64,000 bases of DNA from Methanothermococcus sp. Ax23. Its GTDB lineage: Archaea; AGJL01; Methanococci; Methanococcales; Methanococcaceae. A program made the translations under genes and the position numbers. The notes beneath the pieces are model-generated. The model saw only the letters and a program-made list of their open reading frames with translations. It made no database searches and was not told the origin of the DNA. Location of the stretch: assembly GCF_049075655.1 (NCBI RefSeq), contig NZ_CP157522.1, forward strand, positions 608,001 to 672,000, read 5' to 3'. This document shows, one piece after another, positions 11,700-22,730 of the stretch. How positions within the stretch are numbered: position 1 is the first letter of the stretch; each line of letters opens with the position of its first letter.

Positions 11700-12098
11700 A
11701 TGTTAAAATTATACCTCTATGGATTGGGGGCGTGGGTTGTTCTTTTAATTTTAGCAATACTCAATGCAGTTATTAGGGAAACTATATATGCTCCCAAAAT
11801 AGGTGAGCTCCCTGCACATCAAATTAGTTCAATTATATTTATCTGTATTATATTTTTATTCACATATATTTTTCTAAAAATTGTGAATATTGAAGCAACA
11901 GGCACTCAATATCTAATGCTGGGTATCATATGGTTAATATTAACAATTACTTTTGAATTTCTATTTGGGCATTATGTTGTAGGTTATTCATGGAGCAAAC
12001 TACTGGCTGACTACAATATTTTTGAAGGAAGATTGTGGGGCATTGTTCTTTTAACTTTGGTCATTGCCCCATGGTTGATTAATAAATTAAATATATAG
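11700..12098 (+). CDS. Hypothetical four-TM membrane protein
   Basis: Hydrophobic ORF with NAVIRE, FEFLFGHY, DYNIFEGRLW; GGTGA RBS. Confidence 0.75.
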   Translation: MLKLYLYGLGAWVVLLILAILNAVIRETIYAPKIGELPAHQISSIIFICIIFLFTYIFLKIVNIEATGTQYLMLGIIWLILTITFEFLFGHYVVGYSWSKLLADYNIFEGRLWGIVLLTLVIAPWLINKLNI

Positions 12099-12185
12099 AT
12101 TGGAAAAATAAGAAAATGAATAAAAATAAATAGGAAAAGATGAAAAATATGCCTGTGTATATTTTAACACATAAGTGGTGATATT

Positions 12186-12584
12186 ATGGTGAAATTAACT
12201 GAAGAAATGAAAAAATCAATAAACGAATCTGTTGTATTTCTCACAACAGCTACAAAAGATGGAATACCAAATGTTGCTCCTATGAGAGCTCTCAAAGTAG
12301 TAGATGATGAAACTGTTGTAATATGTGATAACTTCATGCATAAAACCTTAAAGAATATTAAAGAAAACCCAAATGTGGCTCTTGCAACATCAGATTGTAG
12401 GGAGAATCCATTCCAATATAAAGGAATTGCAGAATACTACACAGAAGGGGAATGGTTTGAAGTTGCAAAAGAAATAGATGCACAGTTTGGAAGAGTTCCA
12501 AAAGGGGCTGTTGTAATAAAAATAAAAGAAATATACAACTTAAAATCTGGAGAAGATGCTGGAAAATTAATAGCAAAAGATTGA
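12186..12584 (+). CDS. Pyridoxamine 5'-phosphate oxidase-like FMN-binding protein
   Basis: LTTATKDGIPNV, DNFMHKTLKNIKENP, QYKG. Confidence 0.88.
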   Translation: MVKLTEEMKKSINESVVFLTTATKDGIPNVAPMRALKVVDDETVVICDNFMHKTLKNIKENPNVALATSDCRENPFQYKGIAEYYTEGEWFEVAKEIDAQFGRVPKGAVVIKIKEIYNLKSGEDAGKLIAKD

Positions 12585-12697
12585 ATAAATAAAATGTATA
12601 AATTCATATAAACTAATATAAAAACACATAATTCTTCTTTTTTGAACTGTATTTGATAAAAACTTTAAAAATTAGAATTAAAAAAATTAAAAAGAGG

Positions 12698-12931
12698 TTA
12701 TAATAAGCCTGCTGTATCCAATGCTAATTTTACTTCTTCTGTTGAAGCTCCTTTTTCAATTTCAACTTTTTTGTCTGTTGGTTCGATGTGTTTTATGTTG
12801 CATCTTCTTCTTTTAACATTTCCATCTACTACAACAAAGTTTTTATCTAATATATCTACAACAACGCAGGTTTTTCCTGCTTCTCTACCTAATGTTTTAA
12901 TGCATACTCTTCCTACTTCAATTGCTGACAT
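12698..12931 (-). CDS. rpl14e: 50S ribosomal protein L14e
   Basis: [30 protein letters not shown]. Confidence 0.96.
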   Translation of the reverse strand: MSAIEVGRVCIKTLGREAGKTCVVVDILDKNFVVVDGNVKRRRCNIKHIEPTDKKVEIEKGASTEEVKLALDTAGLL

Positions 12932-13043
12932 AAATACCTCACCTCAGTTTTTGTTGTTGTAATTGTCGCCAATTACAATTCATCCTTTAAAAGGGGAGGA
13001 GTTATTTATATACCATCTGTTTTTAGTTTATTATATTTTAATT

Positions 13044-13586
13044 TTATTTATTTTCTAAATTATCTATTGCTTCACAGATGATATTAAACACTCCGTTTAT
13101 ATTCCATGTTGAAGAATCGATTACAATATCGTATATTGATAAATCATCTATATCAATATTATATATTTCTTTATATCTCTTCTTCTCACTATTTTCTCTA
13201 TTTATCATTTTAGTTAATGCGGTGTCGAGGTCTTCGTTTTCTCTTTCACTTATCCTCTCACATCTCACCATTGGAGGAGCTCTCAACCATATCGATAATG
13301 TTGGATTCACATTGTTATTTTTAAGCATCCATGCTGCAAGTCTGCCTTCAAGAACTATATTTCCTTCCTTTGCCATTTCAACTTGTTTTCTATCTATTTC
13401 CTTATCAATTTCAGGATTTTCCTCTGCATATTTGCTGAATTCCTGCAACTCCATGTTCATTTCTTTTGCCATATCTCTGAATATAAAACCTGCACATACA
13501 TGTTTAAGGTTGTATTTCTCAGATATTAGCTTTGACATTGTTGTAGTTCCTGTTCCCGGCAGTCCTCCAATGGTTATTATCATCAC
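13044..13586 (-). CDS. cmk: Cytidylate kinase (archaeal)
   Basis: [11 protein letters not shown]-loop, LEGRLAAW; lies between rpl34e and rpl14e. Confidence 0.93.
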   Translation of the reverse strand: MMIITIGGLPGTGTTTMSKLISEKYNLKHVCAGFIFRDMAKEMNMELQEFSKYAEENPEIDKEIDRKQVEMAKEGNIVLEGRLAAWMLKNNNVNPTLSIWLRAPPMVRCERISERENEDLDTALTKMINRENSEKKRYKEIYNIDIDDLSIYDIVIDSSTWNINGVFNIICEAIDNLENK

Positions 13587-13611
13587 AACACCTTTTATTA
13601 TGACTTTCTAT

Positions 13612-13881
13612 TTATATATTTCTTGCTTTTTCAATCATTAACCTTTTAAGACATTTTGGGCACAAGTAGCCACCGTATGGTCTTTCAGGTCTTTTCTCTG
13701 TCTTTGAGAGTTTTGCAATTTCGTATGCTCTTCCTCTTGGAACACCATTTAAGAGAGCTCCACAAGATGCACATTTTGCTTTTGAAGGTTTTTTTCTTCT
13801 GTAATGCAATACGGTCTTGTTTCCAGGAGCTCTCCTTGATACTTTCTTAAATGAACCTGATTTATATCTTGGAGCAGGCAT
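13612..13881 (-). CDS. rpl34e: 50S ribosomal protein L34e
   Basis: MPAPRYKS, CASCG, RPERPYGGYLCPKC; ATG at 13881 after GGAGG RBS. Confidence 0.96.
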   Translation of the reverse strand: MPAPRYKSGSFKKVSRRAPGNKTVLHYRRKKPSKAKCASCGALLNGVPRGRAYEIAKLSKTEKRPERPYGGYLCPKCLKRLMIEKARNI

Positions 13882-14047
13882 ATTATTACCTCCTGTGTTT
13901 TTCAATAATAATTATATAACTAATTTCATAACCACATATTTATTATTAAAATATATGGATATTTATAAAATAGTAGATTAACTATGCATTTATAGTATAT
14001 AAAATTTTTCATAGTCGCCACGACCTCAATTTATTATGCCGATTCCC

Positions 14048-14263
14048 TCAGTTTTCTATACACTTCCGGGAGAATTTCACCTGCTTTTCAAGGTCTTCAT
14101 ACTCCTTTAATACATCTTTCTTAGTAGATTCTAAAACACAGTCAAATCTTCTTAAAACACACATGGGGAGAATGACCTCTCCATACTGCTCTTTCTTATA
14201 TGCTCCCCTTAATAATTCAGCCATATTCCAAATTAAATTAACTTTTTCTTGAAAGTTCTCCAC
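14048..14263 (-). pseudogene. hsdM: Truncated type I restriction-modification HsdM (N-terminal fragment, about 71 aa)
   Basis: NFQEKVNLIWNMAELLRGAYKKEQYGEVILPMCVLRRFDCVL matches the HsdM N-terminal domain pattern; GTG start with GAGTGA RBS; no MTase motifs follow. Confidence 0.8.
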
Positions 14264-14315
14264 GCTATCACTCAAATATTTCAATCTATAAATATAATTG
14301 TCTAAAATAAAAAGG

Positions 14316-14402
14316 CGCGGAGGAAGGGATTTGAACCCTTGCGGGGCAAAGCCCCACCGGATTTCAAGTCCGGCGCCATAGTCCAGGCTCGACCACCTCC
14401 GC
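14316..14402 (-). tRNA. tRNA-Ser (anticodon TGA)
   Basis: Cloverleaf: acceptor GCGGAGG/CCTCCGC, anticodon arm CCGGA-CTTGAAA-TCCGG, long variable arm, T-loop TTCAAAT, discriminator G. Confidence 0.95.
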
Positions 14403-14480
14403 ACTTAACCTATTTATTAAATGCATAAAGTAATATATATACTTTTTGGTTAAAAAATATATTAATATATAATTATATAA

Positions 14481-15077
14481 TTATTTTATTCCCATAACCT
14501 TCCTTAAAATCATTGATGTAGCCATTGAACACAATATATACCATCCAAGCCATCCAAGTGCTTCATTAGACACTATACCAAATCCACCGTGATAAAATAT
14601 GCCACCCAGCCAATGGAAAACTGATACAAACAGTATTTTTGATAATATTACTGGCAGATGAACAACTACTCCATCCCATGCAGGATTTAATTGATGAATA
14701 ACCCCCCCAAAGTCATAAACATGCCTTAAATATGCAAATATCGCAATAATTGGCACCCATGTGTAAATCATAGGTTTGAAGCTCATCTTCATCATTTCCA
14801 TTTGCATTGCCATCATTTTTTGCTGTTCTTCCTGCAATTGTTTCATAAGTTCAGGGTCTCTTGCTGCTTTTTTTGCTTTAACCTGGAATTCCTGAATTTC
14901 TTTTTTTAATTCTGCCATCCTATCCTGATTAACCAACAATTTTGTAGCCAAATTTATTATAAACGAAACCATAAATGCTATTATTAATATGGCAATAGCA
15001 GGGTGCATATTTGTGATGAGTGGCATAAACACTGCATCTAACGAATTATAAAACATATTGAAAATAGATTCAAACAT
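14481..15077 (-). CDS. DUF106 / EMC3-TMCO1-Get1 (Oxa1 superfamily) membrane protein insertase
   Basis: TM1, coiled coil, Met-rich [18 protein letters not shown]; next to adk. Confidence 0.88.
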   Translation of the reverse strand: MFESIFNMFYNSLDAVFMPLITNMHPAIAILIIAFMVSFIINLATKLLVNQDRMAELKKEIQEFQVKAKKAARDPELMKQLQEEQQKMMAMQMEMMKMSFKPMIYTWVPIIAIFAYLRHVYDFGGVIHQLNPAWDGVVVHLPVILSKILFVSVFHWLGGIFYHGGFGIVSNEALGWLGWYILCSMATSMILRKVMGIK

Positions 15078-15178
15078 TTTTATCCCCGTATTATTTTTAT
15101 TTATTTTTTTATAAATTTTTAATTATAATTTATTGTTAAAAATCATTAAAAAAAGGTTAAATGATAAAATATATAAAA

Positions 15179-15763
<585 letters not shown>

Positions 15764-15898
15764 TCACCTTTTTTAATTTTATACGATTGATAAGGTGTTT
15801 TAAAAATCCTATAATTATGCCCGAGTATTTATCTTACTTTTATTCACATTAATACTAAAAATAAACGCACATTGAATTTAAGGTTTATCTAGTATATA

Positions 15899-16309
15899 TT
15901 ATTTATTATTTCTATATTTTATTTCATTATTTAAATTATTGTTTAATTTAATTAGCAGTTCAATAGCTGTCCCTATTTCAATTATCCTACTTACATCTGT
16001 TTCGCTGTCCAATTTTTTTAATAAATAGCTTATTTTTTTATCCATAATTTTATTTATTTCATTTGAAGGAGAGTATTTAAAACAAGATATTCCTTTTTCT
16101 TTTACTTCTTTTTCAAGTGTGTCATTATTTTTATAGCTATTATAATCATTATAATTACAATTTGGGCAGTATATATTGCCATTTTTATCTTCAAACAGTG
16201 GAAAACCACATTTTTTACAGTGTTTCCCAAGCATCTTGGAGCCTTTGAGCATTTCCTTAGATGCAATTTTTACAACATCCTCTTTTTCATTTGCATTCCC
16301 ATATTGCAT
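15899..16309 (-). CDS. UPF0148 / autoantigen-p27-like Zn-ribbon protein
   Basis: MLKGSKMLGKHCKKCGFPLF...IYCPNC. Confidence 0.85.
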   Translation of the reverse strand: MQYGNANEKEDVVKIASKEMLKGSKMLGKHCKKCGFPLFEDKNGNIYCPNCNYNDYNSYKNNDTLEKEVKEKGISCFKYSPSNEINKIMDKKISYLLKKLDSETDVSRIIEIGTAIELLIKLNNNLNNEIKYRNNK

Positions 16310-16521
16310 GAGCTCACCAAAAACTTAAACTTAAAATTAAATCACTTAAACAATAAACTTAAATAAACACATTGATTATAAAAGGTTTTATATCATTATC
16401 TTATATTTTATTATTTACTCGGTATAAGGCATTTTATGATTATTTATAATTTATAATCTAAATTTATAATTATAATCATGTAAGTAAGTATAATATATGC
16501 AAGCATGGATTTGGTGATAAA

Positions 16522-18441
16522 ATGGAAATGGATTATAAAAATTTAGGCTTAAAGGTAGGTTTAGAGATACACCAACAATTAAACACAAAAAGGAAGCTTT
16601 TCTGCAACTGTCCAACAATAATAAGGGACGATGAACCAGATGGTGAGACTAAAAGAGTATTGAGAACATCCCAAAGTGAGATGGGGGAGGTAGATAAAGC
16701 GGCACTTATCGAATCTAAGAAGGGCAAGACATACATCTACCAGTATTACAACGATACAACATGTTTGGTTGAATTGGATGAAGAACCGCCACACCTGCCA
16801 TCAGAAGAAGCCATAAAAACCGCATTGCAAGTATCCTGTTTAATGAATATGAATATAGTCGATGAAATCCACACAATGAGGAAAATAGTAATTGATGGTT
16901 CAAATACATCAGGATTTCAAAGAACGATGTTTGTTTCAAATGACGGATATATTGAAACAGAATATGGAAAAGTGGGAATTACAAGTTTATGTTTGGAGGA
17001 AGATGCTTGTAGAAAAATAGAAGATGGAAAAGGCTATATAATATATCGTCTTGACAGGTTGGGAATACCGTTATTGGAAATTACCACAGAACCTGACATC
17101 ACATCTCCAAAGATGGGAAAAGAAGCTGCAAGACGAATAGGTATGATACTAAGAGCCACTGGAAAGGCAAAGAGGGGGCTTGGAACAATAAGGCAGGATG
17201 TGAATATATCAATCAAAAATGGGGCAAGGATAGAGGTTAAGGGAGTTCAAAACCTTGATTTAATTGAAAAAATAATTGAAAATGAAGTGATTAGGCAGAT
17301 TAACTTACTGGATATAGCAAACACATTAAAGGAAAGAAATGCCGAAATTATAGATGAAATCGTTGATATAACGGAGCTCCTAAAAGACACAAAATCAAAG
17401 GTAATTAAAAAGGCATTGAAGAAGAAAAACGGAAGGATAAAGGCAGTATTGTTAAAAGGATTTGGAGGACTTGTTGGAAAAGAAATTCAGCCAGGTAGAA
17501 GGTTGGGAACCGAATTATCAGACAGGGCAAAGGTAATTGCAGGAGTGGGTGGTTTGTTCCATACGGATGAGCTCCCAAACTATGGAATCACTCAGGAGGA
17601 AGTGGATAGGTTAAAAGAATATGTTGGAGAAAAACTTAAAACAGAATTTACTGAAAAAGACGCTATTATTCTTGTAGCTGATGAAGAAAGTAAGGTAGAT
17701 AGGGCATTATATGCAATTGTTGAAAGAGCTCAGGAGGCTATTGTTGGAGTTCCTGAGGAAACTAGAAAGGCACTTGAAAATGGAAACACATCATATTTAA
17801 GACCCCTTCCAGGTTCTGCAAGGATGTATCCAGAAACAGATATTCCTGCTATAAAGATAAATGAAGAACAGATTGAAGACATAAAAAACAATTTACCAGA
17901 GATGCCAGAAGAGAAGTTAGAAAGATTCATAAGAGAATATGGATTAAATAGGGATTTAGCAGGTATTATGGTGATGTCCCACCGTGTTGAAATATTTGAA
18001 GAATTATGTAAAAAATATGAGGATATAAAACCAACACTCATTGCCACAACATTGGAAGGAACATTGAAAGAAATTAAAAGAGAAGGTTATGATGTGGATG
18101 TTTTAACTGAAATGCACTTTGATATGGTATTTGAAGGACTGTCTAATGAAAAAATGTCAAAAGAGGCGGTTATCGAAGTATTGAAAGGATTTACAGAATA
18201 TCCTGAAAAAGATTTAGATAAGATTTTAGAGATAAAAGGACTTAAATCACTTTCAAAAGAAGAGGTTGAAAAGATAATAGGGGATATAATAAACCAGAAC
18301 GTTGATGTTGTAAAAAGCAAAGGTATGGGGGCAATGGGAATGTTAATGGGTAGATGCATGGCAGTTTTAAGAGGCAAGGCTGATGGAAAGTTAATAAACA
18401 GCATATTGAAGGAGAAGTTAAGGAGTATTATTGATATATAA
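16522..18441 (+). CDS. gatE: Glu-tRNA(Gln) amidotransferase subunit E
   Basis: GLEIHQQL, KLFCNCP, LEEDA, RGLGTIRQDVNISI, ARMYPETD. Confidence 0.97.
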   Translation: MEMDYKNLGLKVGLEIHQQLNTKRKLFCNCPTIIRDDEPDGETKRVLRTSQSEMGEVDKAALIESKKGKTYIYQYYNDTTCLVELDEEPPHLPSEEAIKTALQVSCLMNMNIVDEIHTMRKIVIDGSNTSGFQRTMFVSNDGYIETEYGKVGITSLCLEEDACRKIEDGKGYIIYRLDRLGIPLLEITTEPDITSPKMGKEAARRIGMILRATGKAKRGLGTIRQDVNISIKNGARIEVKGVQNLDLIEKIIENEVIRQINLLDIANTLKERNAEIIDEIVDITELLKDTKSKVIKKALKKKNGRIKAVLLKGFGGLVGKEIQPGRRLGTELSDRAKVIAGVGGLFHTDELPNYGITQEEVDRLKEYVGEKLKTEFTEKDAIILVADEESKVDRALYAIVERAQEAIVGVPEETRKALENGNTSYLRPLPGSARMYPETDIPAIKINEEQIEDIKNNLPEMPEEKLERFIREYGLNRDLAGIMVMSHRVEIFEELCKKYEDIKPTLIATTLEGTLKEIKREGYDVDVLTEMHFDMVFEGLSNEKMSKEAVIEVLKGFTEYPEKDLDKILEIKGLKSLSKEEVEKIIGDIINQNVDVVKSKGMGAMGMLMGRCMAVLRGKADGKLINSILKEKLRSIIDI

Positions 18442-18461
18442 TTACATATTTTTGGGGTAAT

Positions 18462-19649
18462 ATGTTATATAAAGACCATATATACCTATTTAAGCATATT
18501 ATAAAATGGATGGTAATCTCATCATCCATAGGTGTTGTTGGTAGTTTAAGTGCCATTATTATAACAAAACTTATAGAGATTTTCTCATTAGCACCCCATT
18601 ATGTATTTAGCATACCATTTGCTATGGCATTTGCTGGATATGTTGTTGATAAATATGGAGATTTAAAAGGGTCTGGTGTTGATAGAACATTAAGGGCATT
18701 TAATGAAAAAATAAGTTTGAATCCATTTATAGGATTTCTAAAAATTGTGTTGTCCGGCATTATTATAGGTCTTGGAGGGAGTGCGGGAAAAGTAGGACCT
18801 TCTATTCAGGCTAGTGCTTCTTTTGCAGATTTTTTATACAGAATATTTAAATTAAAAAATAGAAAAGCATTATTAATAAGTGGTATTGCTGGAGGGTTAA
18901 GCGGAGATTTATGTGCCCCATTCGGTTCTGCAATATTTGCAGCAGAAATCGTTCGGAGAGAGGGGTTCGAATATATATCATGCTTTCCTGCAATATTATC
19001 AAGTATCTTTGGATACATGGTATATCTTACAATATATGGAAAAATAAAACTTTTTGATATCCCTTGCCATTATAACTTTTCGCCGATGGATTTTCCATAC
19101 ATATTTATCTGTGCCATATTTTGTGCGTTTATTGCATATATTTACATTCATAGTTATATCTCAATAAGAAATTTTTTTGATAACTTAAAGTATCCCCAAT
19201 ATATTAAATCATTTATGGGTGGAATTATTGTAGCACTTATAGGTTATTATATACCACAATCTCTTGGATTAGGCGTAGGAATTACTGAAAATATAATGCT
19301 TTTAAAATATGGCATTATTTCTTTAAGTTTAATATTATTTGGAAAAATATATACAACATCATTTACAGTTGGAACAGGAACACCTGGTGGTCTAGTTCTT
19401 CCATCTGTATTCATAGGTGCTTGTTCAGGTGCATTGTTTGGAATGTTGTTGGGATTCCACAATGTTTTGCCCTTCATTGTTGTTGGAATAGCCACACTAC
19501 TGTCTTCGATGGCTAATGTTCCGCTTGCTTCTATCGTGTTATGTGTTGAGATATTTGGATTTAATTATTCAATTCCTGCCGCAGTTGGGGCATTAATGGG
19601 CTTTCAGTTAGTTAGATGGAAAACGATATATGAACATATTACATTTTAA
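18462..19649 (+). CDS. CLC family anion channel/transporter with divergent motifs
   Basis: GSGVD, GGSAGKVGP, APFGSAIFAAE, GGLVLPS; many TM segments. Confidence 0.85.
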   Translation: MLYKDHIYLFKHIIKWMVISSSIGVVGSLSAIIITKLIEIFSLAPHYVFSIPFAMAFAGYVVDKYGDLKGSGVDRTLRAFNEKISLNPFIGFLKIVLSGIIIGLGGSAGKVGPSIQASASFADFLYRIFKLKNRKALLISGIAGGLSGDLCAPFGSAIFAAEIVRREGFEYISCFPAILSSIFGYMVYLTIYGKIKLFDIPCHYNFSPMDFPYIFICAIFCAFIAYIYIHSYISIRNFFDNLKYPQYIKSFMGGIIVALIGYYIPQSLGLGVGITENIMLLKYGIISLSLILFGKIYTTSFTVGTGTPGGLVLPSVFIGACSGALFGMLLGFHNVLPFIVVGIATLLSSMANVPLASIVLCVEIFGFNYSIPAAVGALMGFQLVRWKTIYEHITF

Positions 19650-19743
19650 ACATAAATTAAACATCGTAATATTTTAAATATTGAAAATACTAAAAAATAA
19701 TAGTAAATATAGGTTATAATTATTGATGATTATAGGGGTTGTT

Positions 19744-21237
19744 ATGAAGGAAATTTTAGGATACATTATTGGAGAAACCACAAACACCGAGCTCTCATTT
19801 TTATCAGATAAAATTCCAGAGATTGGTAGTTATGTTTCTATAAAATACGACGATGGAAAGGAGATTCTTGGAATGATTGAAGGGGTAATACAGGGATGTC
19901 CAGTTTTTGAGGAAGTTTTAAATGTGGAGGACTTGTTAAAATTAAAAAAATTGGAAACTGATGATTCTTTTTATGTGATGGGTAAGATAAAGGTCTTGGG
20001 AGATATTGATAATAAGGAGATTCCAAGAGCTCCGCCAAAGCCGGGGACTGAGGTATATGGTGCTGATGAAGAGGTATTAAAAAAGATATTTTCAAATGGA
20101 CATATTGAAATAGGAAAGCTTATTTCAAAGGATGTTCCTGTTAAATTGGATGCAAATAAATTATGTTCAAGACATTTGGCAATACTGGCAATTACGGGGA
20201 TGGGAAAGTCAAATACTGTTGCTGTGTTGCTCTCTGAATTAAATAAATTAAATGCCACTGTGCTTGTGTGTGATGTGCATGGAGAGTATAAATACATTCA
20301 ATCCCACGACTCAAATAATAAATTAAAAACACATATTATAAAGCCAAAAATAAATATTTACAATATTAGTAGCAGTAGTTTGGCAGATTTAGCCGGCGTA
20401 GATGCTCAGGCAACAAAACAAAGACCTTATATTAGAAAGGCGATAAAAAATGTAAAAAACCGATACAAAGAAAGTGATTTCAATTCTGCGGAAGATTATA
20501 TAAATGAAGTGATAATCGAACTGGAATCATTCGCAGAAATCAATAAAAAAGATGCCGATAGCATTCAAACTGCAATTTTTAGATTGGAGGACATGTTGCA
20601 ATTTAAAAAGCATTTAATAGCTCTCCATTATAATCCAATAGACGAAATAAGAGAAAATCACATAAACATACTTTCACTTGAAAGCTTGGATGAAAACGAC
20701 ATGGATATAATTGTATCATACTTCTCAAAGGAGATATTGCGAGATAGAAAGGACTCTTTAAGAAACGGAGCTCCGAAACCTATATTTATAATCTTTGAAG
20801 AGGCTCATCTAATTGTTCCACAGAACCGAAATACAAAATCAAAATTATACATATCGAGAATAGCCAGAGAGGGTAGGAAATTTGGAGTTGGAATATGCCT
20901 TGTATCTCAAAGACCAAAGACCCTTGACCAAGAGTCGTTATCACAATGTAATAATTTAATAATTTCAAAATTAATCGAACCTTCTGACCAATCCCATGTT
21001 CAGCATGCCTCTGAAAATCTAAGTGAGGACCTACTTAAACAGCTTCCAGGGTTGAATGTTGGTGAGGCTGTAATACTTGGTCCTGCATTAAAGATTCCTG
21101 CAATAGTTAAGATAAATAAATTTAATGGAGAATACGGCGGAGAAGATTTAGATATTGTAAATATATGGGGCAATGGCAATAATAACCACAATAATGAAGA
21201 AAGGCTTTCGTCTGATGATATGTTTGGAGGTTTATAA
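19744..21237 (+). CDS. herA: HerA helicase/ATPase (HAS barrel + FtsK/HerA ATPase)
   Basis: RHLAILAITGMGKS, DVHGEY, EEAH, REGRKFG, SQRP, SQCN. Confidence 0.85.
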   Translation: MKEILGYIIGETTNTELSFLSDKIPEIGSYVSIKYDDGKEILGMIEGVIQGCPVFEEVLNVEDLLKLKKLETDDSFYVMGKIKVLGDIDNKEIPRAPPKPGTEVYGADEEVLKKIFSNGHIEIGKLISKDVPVKLDANKLCSRHLAILAITGMGKSNTVAVLLSELNKLNATVLVCDVHGEYKYIQSHDSNNKLKTHIIKPKINIYNISSSSLADLAGVDAQATKQRPYIRKAIKNVKNRYKESDFNSAEDYINEVIIELESFAEINKKDADSIQTAIFRLEDMLQFKKHLIALHYNPIDEIRENHINILSLESLDENDMDIIVSYFSKEILRDRKDSLRNGAPKPIFIIFEEAHLIVPQNRNTKSKLYISRIAREGRKFGVGICLVSQRPKTLDQESLSQCNNLIISKLIEPSDQSHVQHASENLSEDLLKQLPGLNVGEAVILGPALKIPAIVKINKFNGEYGGEDLDIVNIWGNGNNNHNNEERLSSDDMFGGL

Positions 21238-21346
21238 TGAATATATAATATAATAAAATACATAATATAGTATTACAATATAATATAAAAAGGGATTTTA
21301 TAACATTGGGAGCTCCCATAAATAATTATATAACATAAAAAAAGAG

Positions 21347-22210
21347 GTGAGCTCTACGAAGTGGGAAGTTACTTTTGACGGCATAACTTATGAATGCATC
21401 AATTGCGGATATTGTTGCAGTTGTAAAGATTGGAGAATATATTTATCATATTTTGATGCTTTGAAGTTAAAGGAATATGCAGAATATATTGAAAAGACAG
21501 AAGATATAAACGATTTAGGATTCAATAGACGATTGAAGATAAATGAGAGGGGATGCGTCCTTTTGAATAAAGACTATTTGTGCAATATCCAGATTAAAAA
21601 AGGATATGAATTTAAACCTGCCATGTGTAGATTATTTCCATTTAGTTTTATGGTCAAATGGAATGGAGATTTACTTTTAATAATTAAACATTACTGTAAT
21701 GGCATTAAAAAAGGAAAATGCGATGATAAAATAATTAAACATGCCATAGAATGCTGTGAAGAGCTATATCTTGATGAACTAAATAAAATAAGACTTATGG
21801 GCGTGGAATCTTCTGCAAAAACCAGATTGGATAACGATACATTAATCACATGGGAGGAGAGGGAAGAGCTCGGAAGGTATATTTTTGATAGTGGTAGTTT
21901 GGATGAGCTCTCTGAAAAATGTAGAGATATTTTAAAACTTGATATTTCCAACGACATATCAAATATATATAATAATATGAAAAAATTAAATCTCAGCAGC
22001 GAAATATTTATTAAAAATGAAGAAGAAATAATAAGATATTTAGGGGAACTTAATAAAAGGGAGCATTTTAGAAAACTAAATTTTAAAAAAGAAATATGTT
22101 ATTTAATAAATATCGGGAAAGAATTGAGCGGATATAGGAACATATTCAAAGGTGAGGGAATTATCGATTCAAAGATTTTAAATTATGGCATATACAACGA
22201 TATTTCGTGA
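21347..22210 (+). CDS. YkgJ family cysteine-cluster protein
   Basis: CINCGYCC, GCVLL, KPAMCRLFPF. Confidence 0.85.
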   Translation: MSSTKWEVTFDGITYECINCGYCCSCKDWRIYLSYFDALKLKEYAEYIEKTEDINDLGFNRRLKINERGCVLLNKDYLCNIQIKKGYEFKPAMCRLFPFSFMVKWNGDLLLIIKHYCNGIKKGKCDDKIIKHAIECCEELYLDELNKIRLMGVESSAKTRLDNDTLITWEEREELGRYIFDSGSLDELSEKCRDILKLDISNDISNIYNNMKKLNLSSEIFIKNEEEIIRYLGELNKREHFRKLNFKKEICYLINIGKELSGYRNIFKGEGIIDSKILNYGIYNDIS

Positions 22211-22214
22211 AAAT

Positions 22215-22730
22215 ATGAAAAAAGAGCAAATAATCATCATAATCATAATGTCAATATTGGTAACAATACCTATTTTATGGGTTATTCAATATACTAATGC
22301 AAATGCAGCAGATGTCTTAAAAAAATATAACATATACGCTATAGAAACCAAAAAAATAAACAATAAAAATGTATCTATCGTATATCAAATTAAAAACCCA
22401 TCTCAGGATATAGCTCCAAATAATATTGACTCCAAAACCAAAGCTGAAATATGCTATATTACATGGTATGTATTTAATCATTATAATAATGTTGATGAAG
22501 TTCAAATAATTGCATATTATAATGACTCGGGCAAATTAAATGAATATTACAAATTTAAAATAGATAGAAATACTGCTGAGATATCGGGGCTTTTGAATGT
22601 TTCTGAAGCCGATATATCATCGGATGTATATTATTATTACCGCAAAATAATTAAACTAGGAGTGCTAAAAGTTAAAGATGTTAATATCCCATATTGGAGG
22701 AGGGTTGATTATGACGATAACACCAATTAA
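22215..22730 (+). CDS. Hypothetical membrane-anchored protein
   Basis: N-terminal hydrophobic helix; tight operonic spacing with both neighbours. Confidence 0.7.
   Translation: MKKEQIIIIIIMSILVTIPILWVIQYTNANAADVLKKYNIYAIETKKINNKNVSIVYQIKNPSQDIAPNNIDSKTKAEICYITWYVFNHYNNVDEVQIIAYYNDSGKLNEYYKFKIDRNTAEISGLLNVSEADISSDVYYYYRKIIKLGVLKVKDVNIPYWRRVDYDDNTN

Noticed and set aside
14316-14402. Possible tRNA-Sec
   Set aside because: Anticodon is TGA (Ser), not TCA, and the acceptor stem is the normal 7 bp
14048-14404. 118-aa ORF in the track
   Set aside because: Its N-terminal part is a read-through of the tRNA-Ser gene; only 14048-14263 looks like real (hsdM) coding sequence
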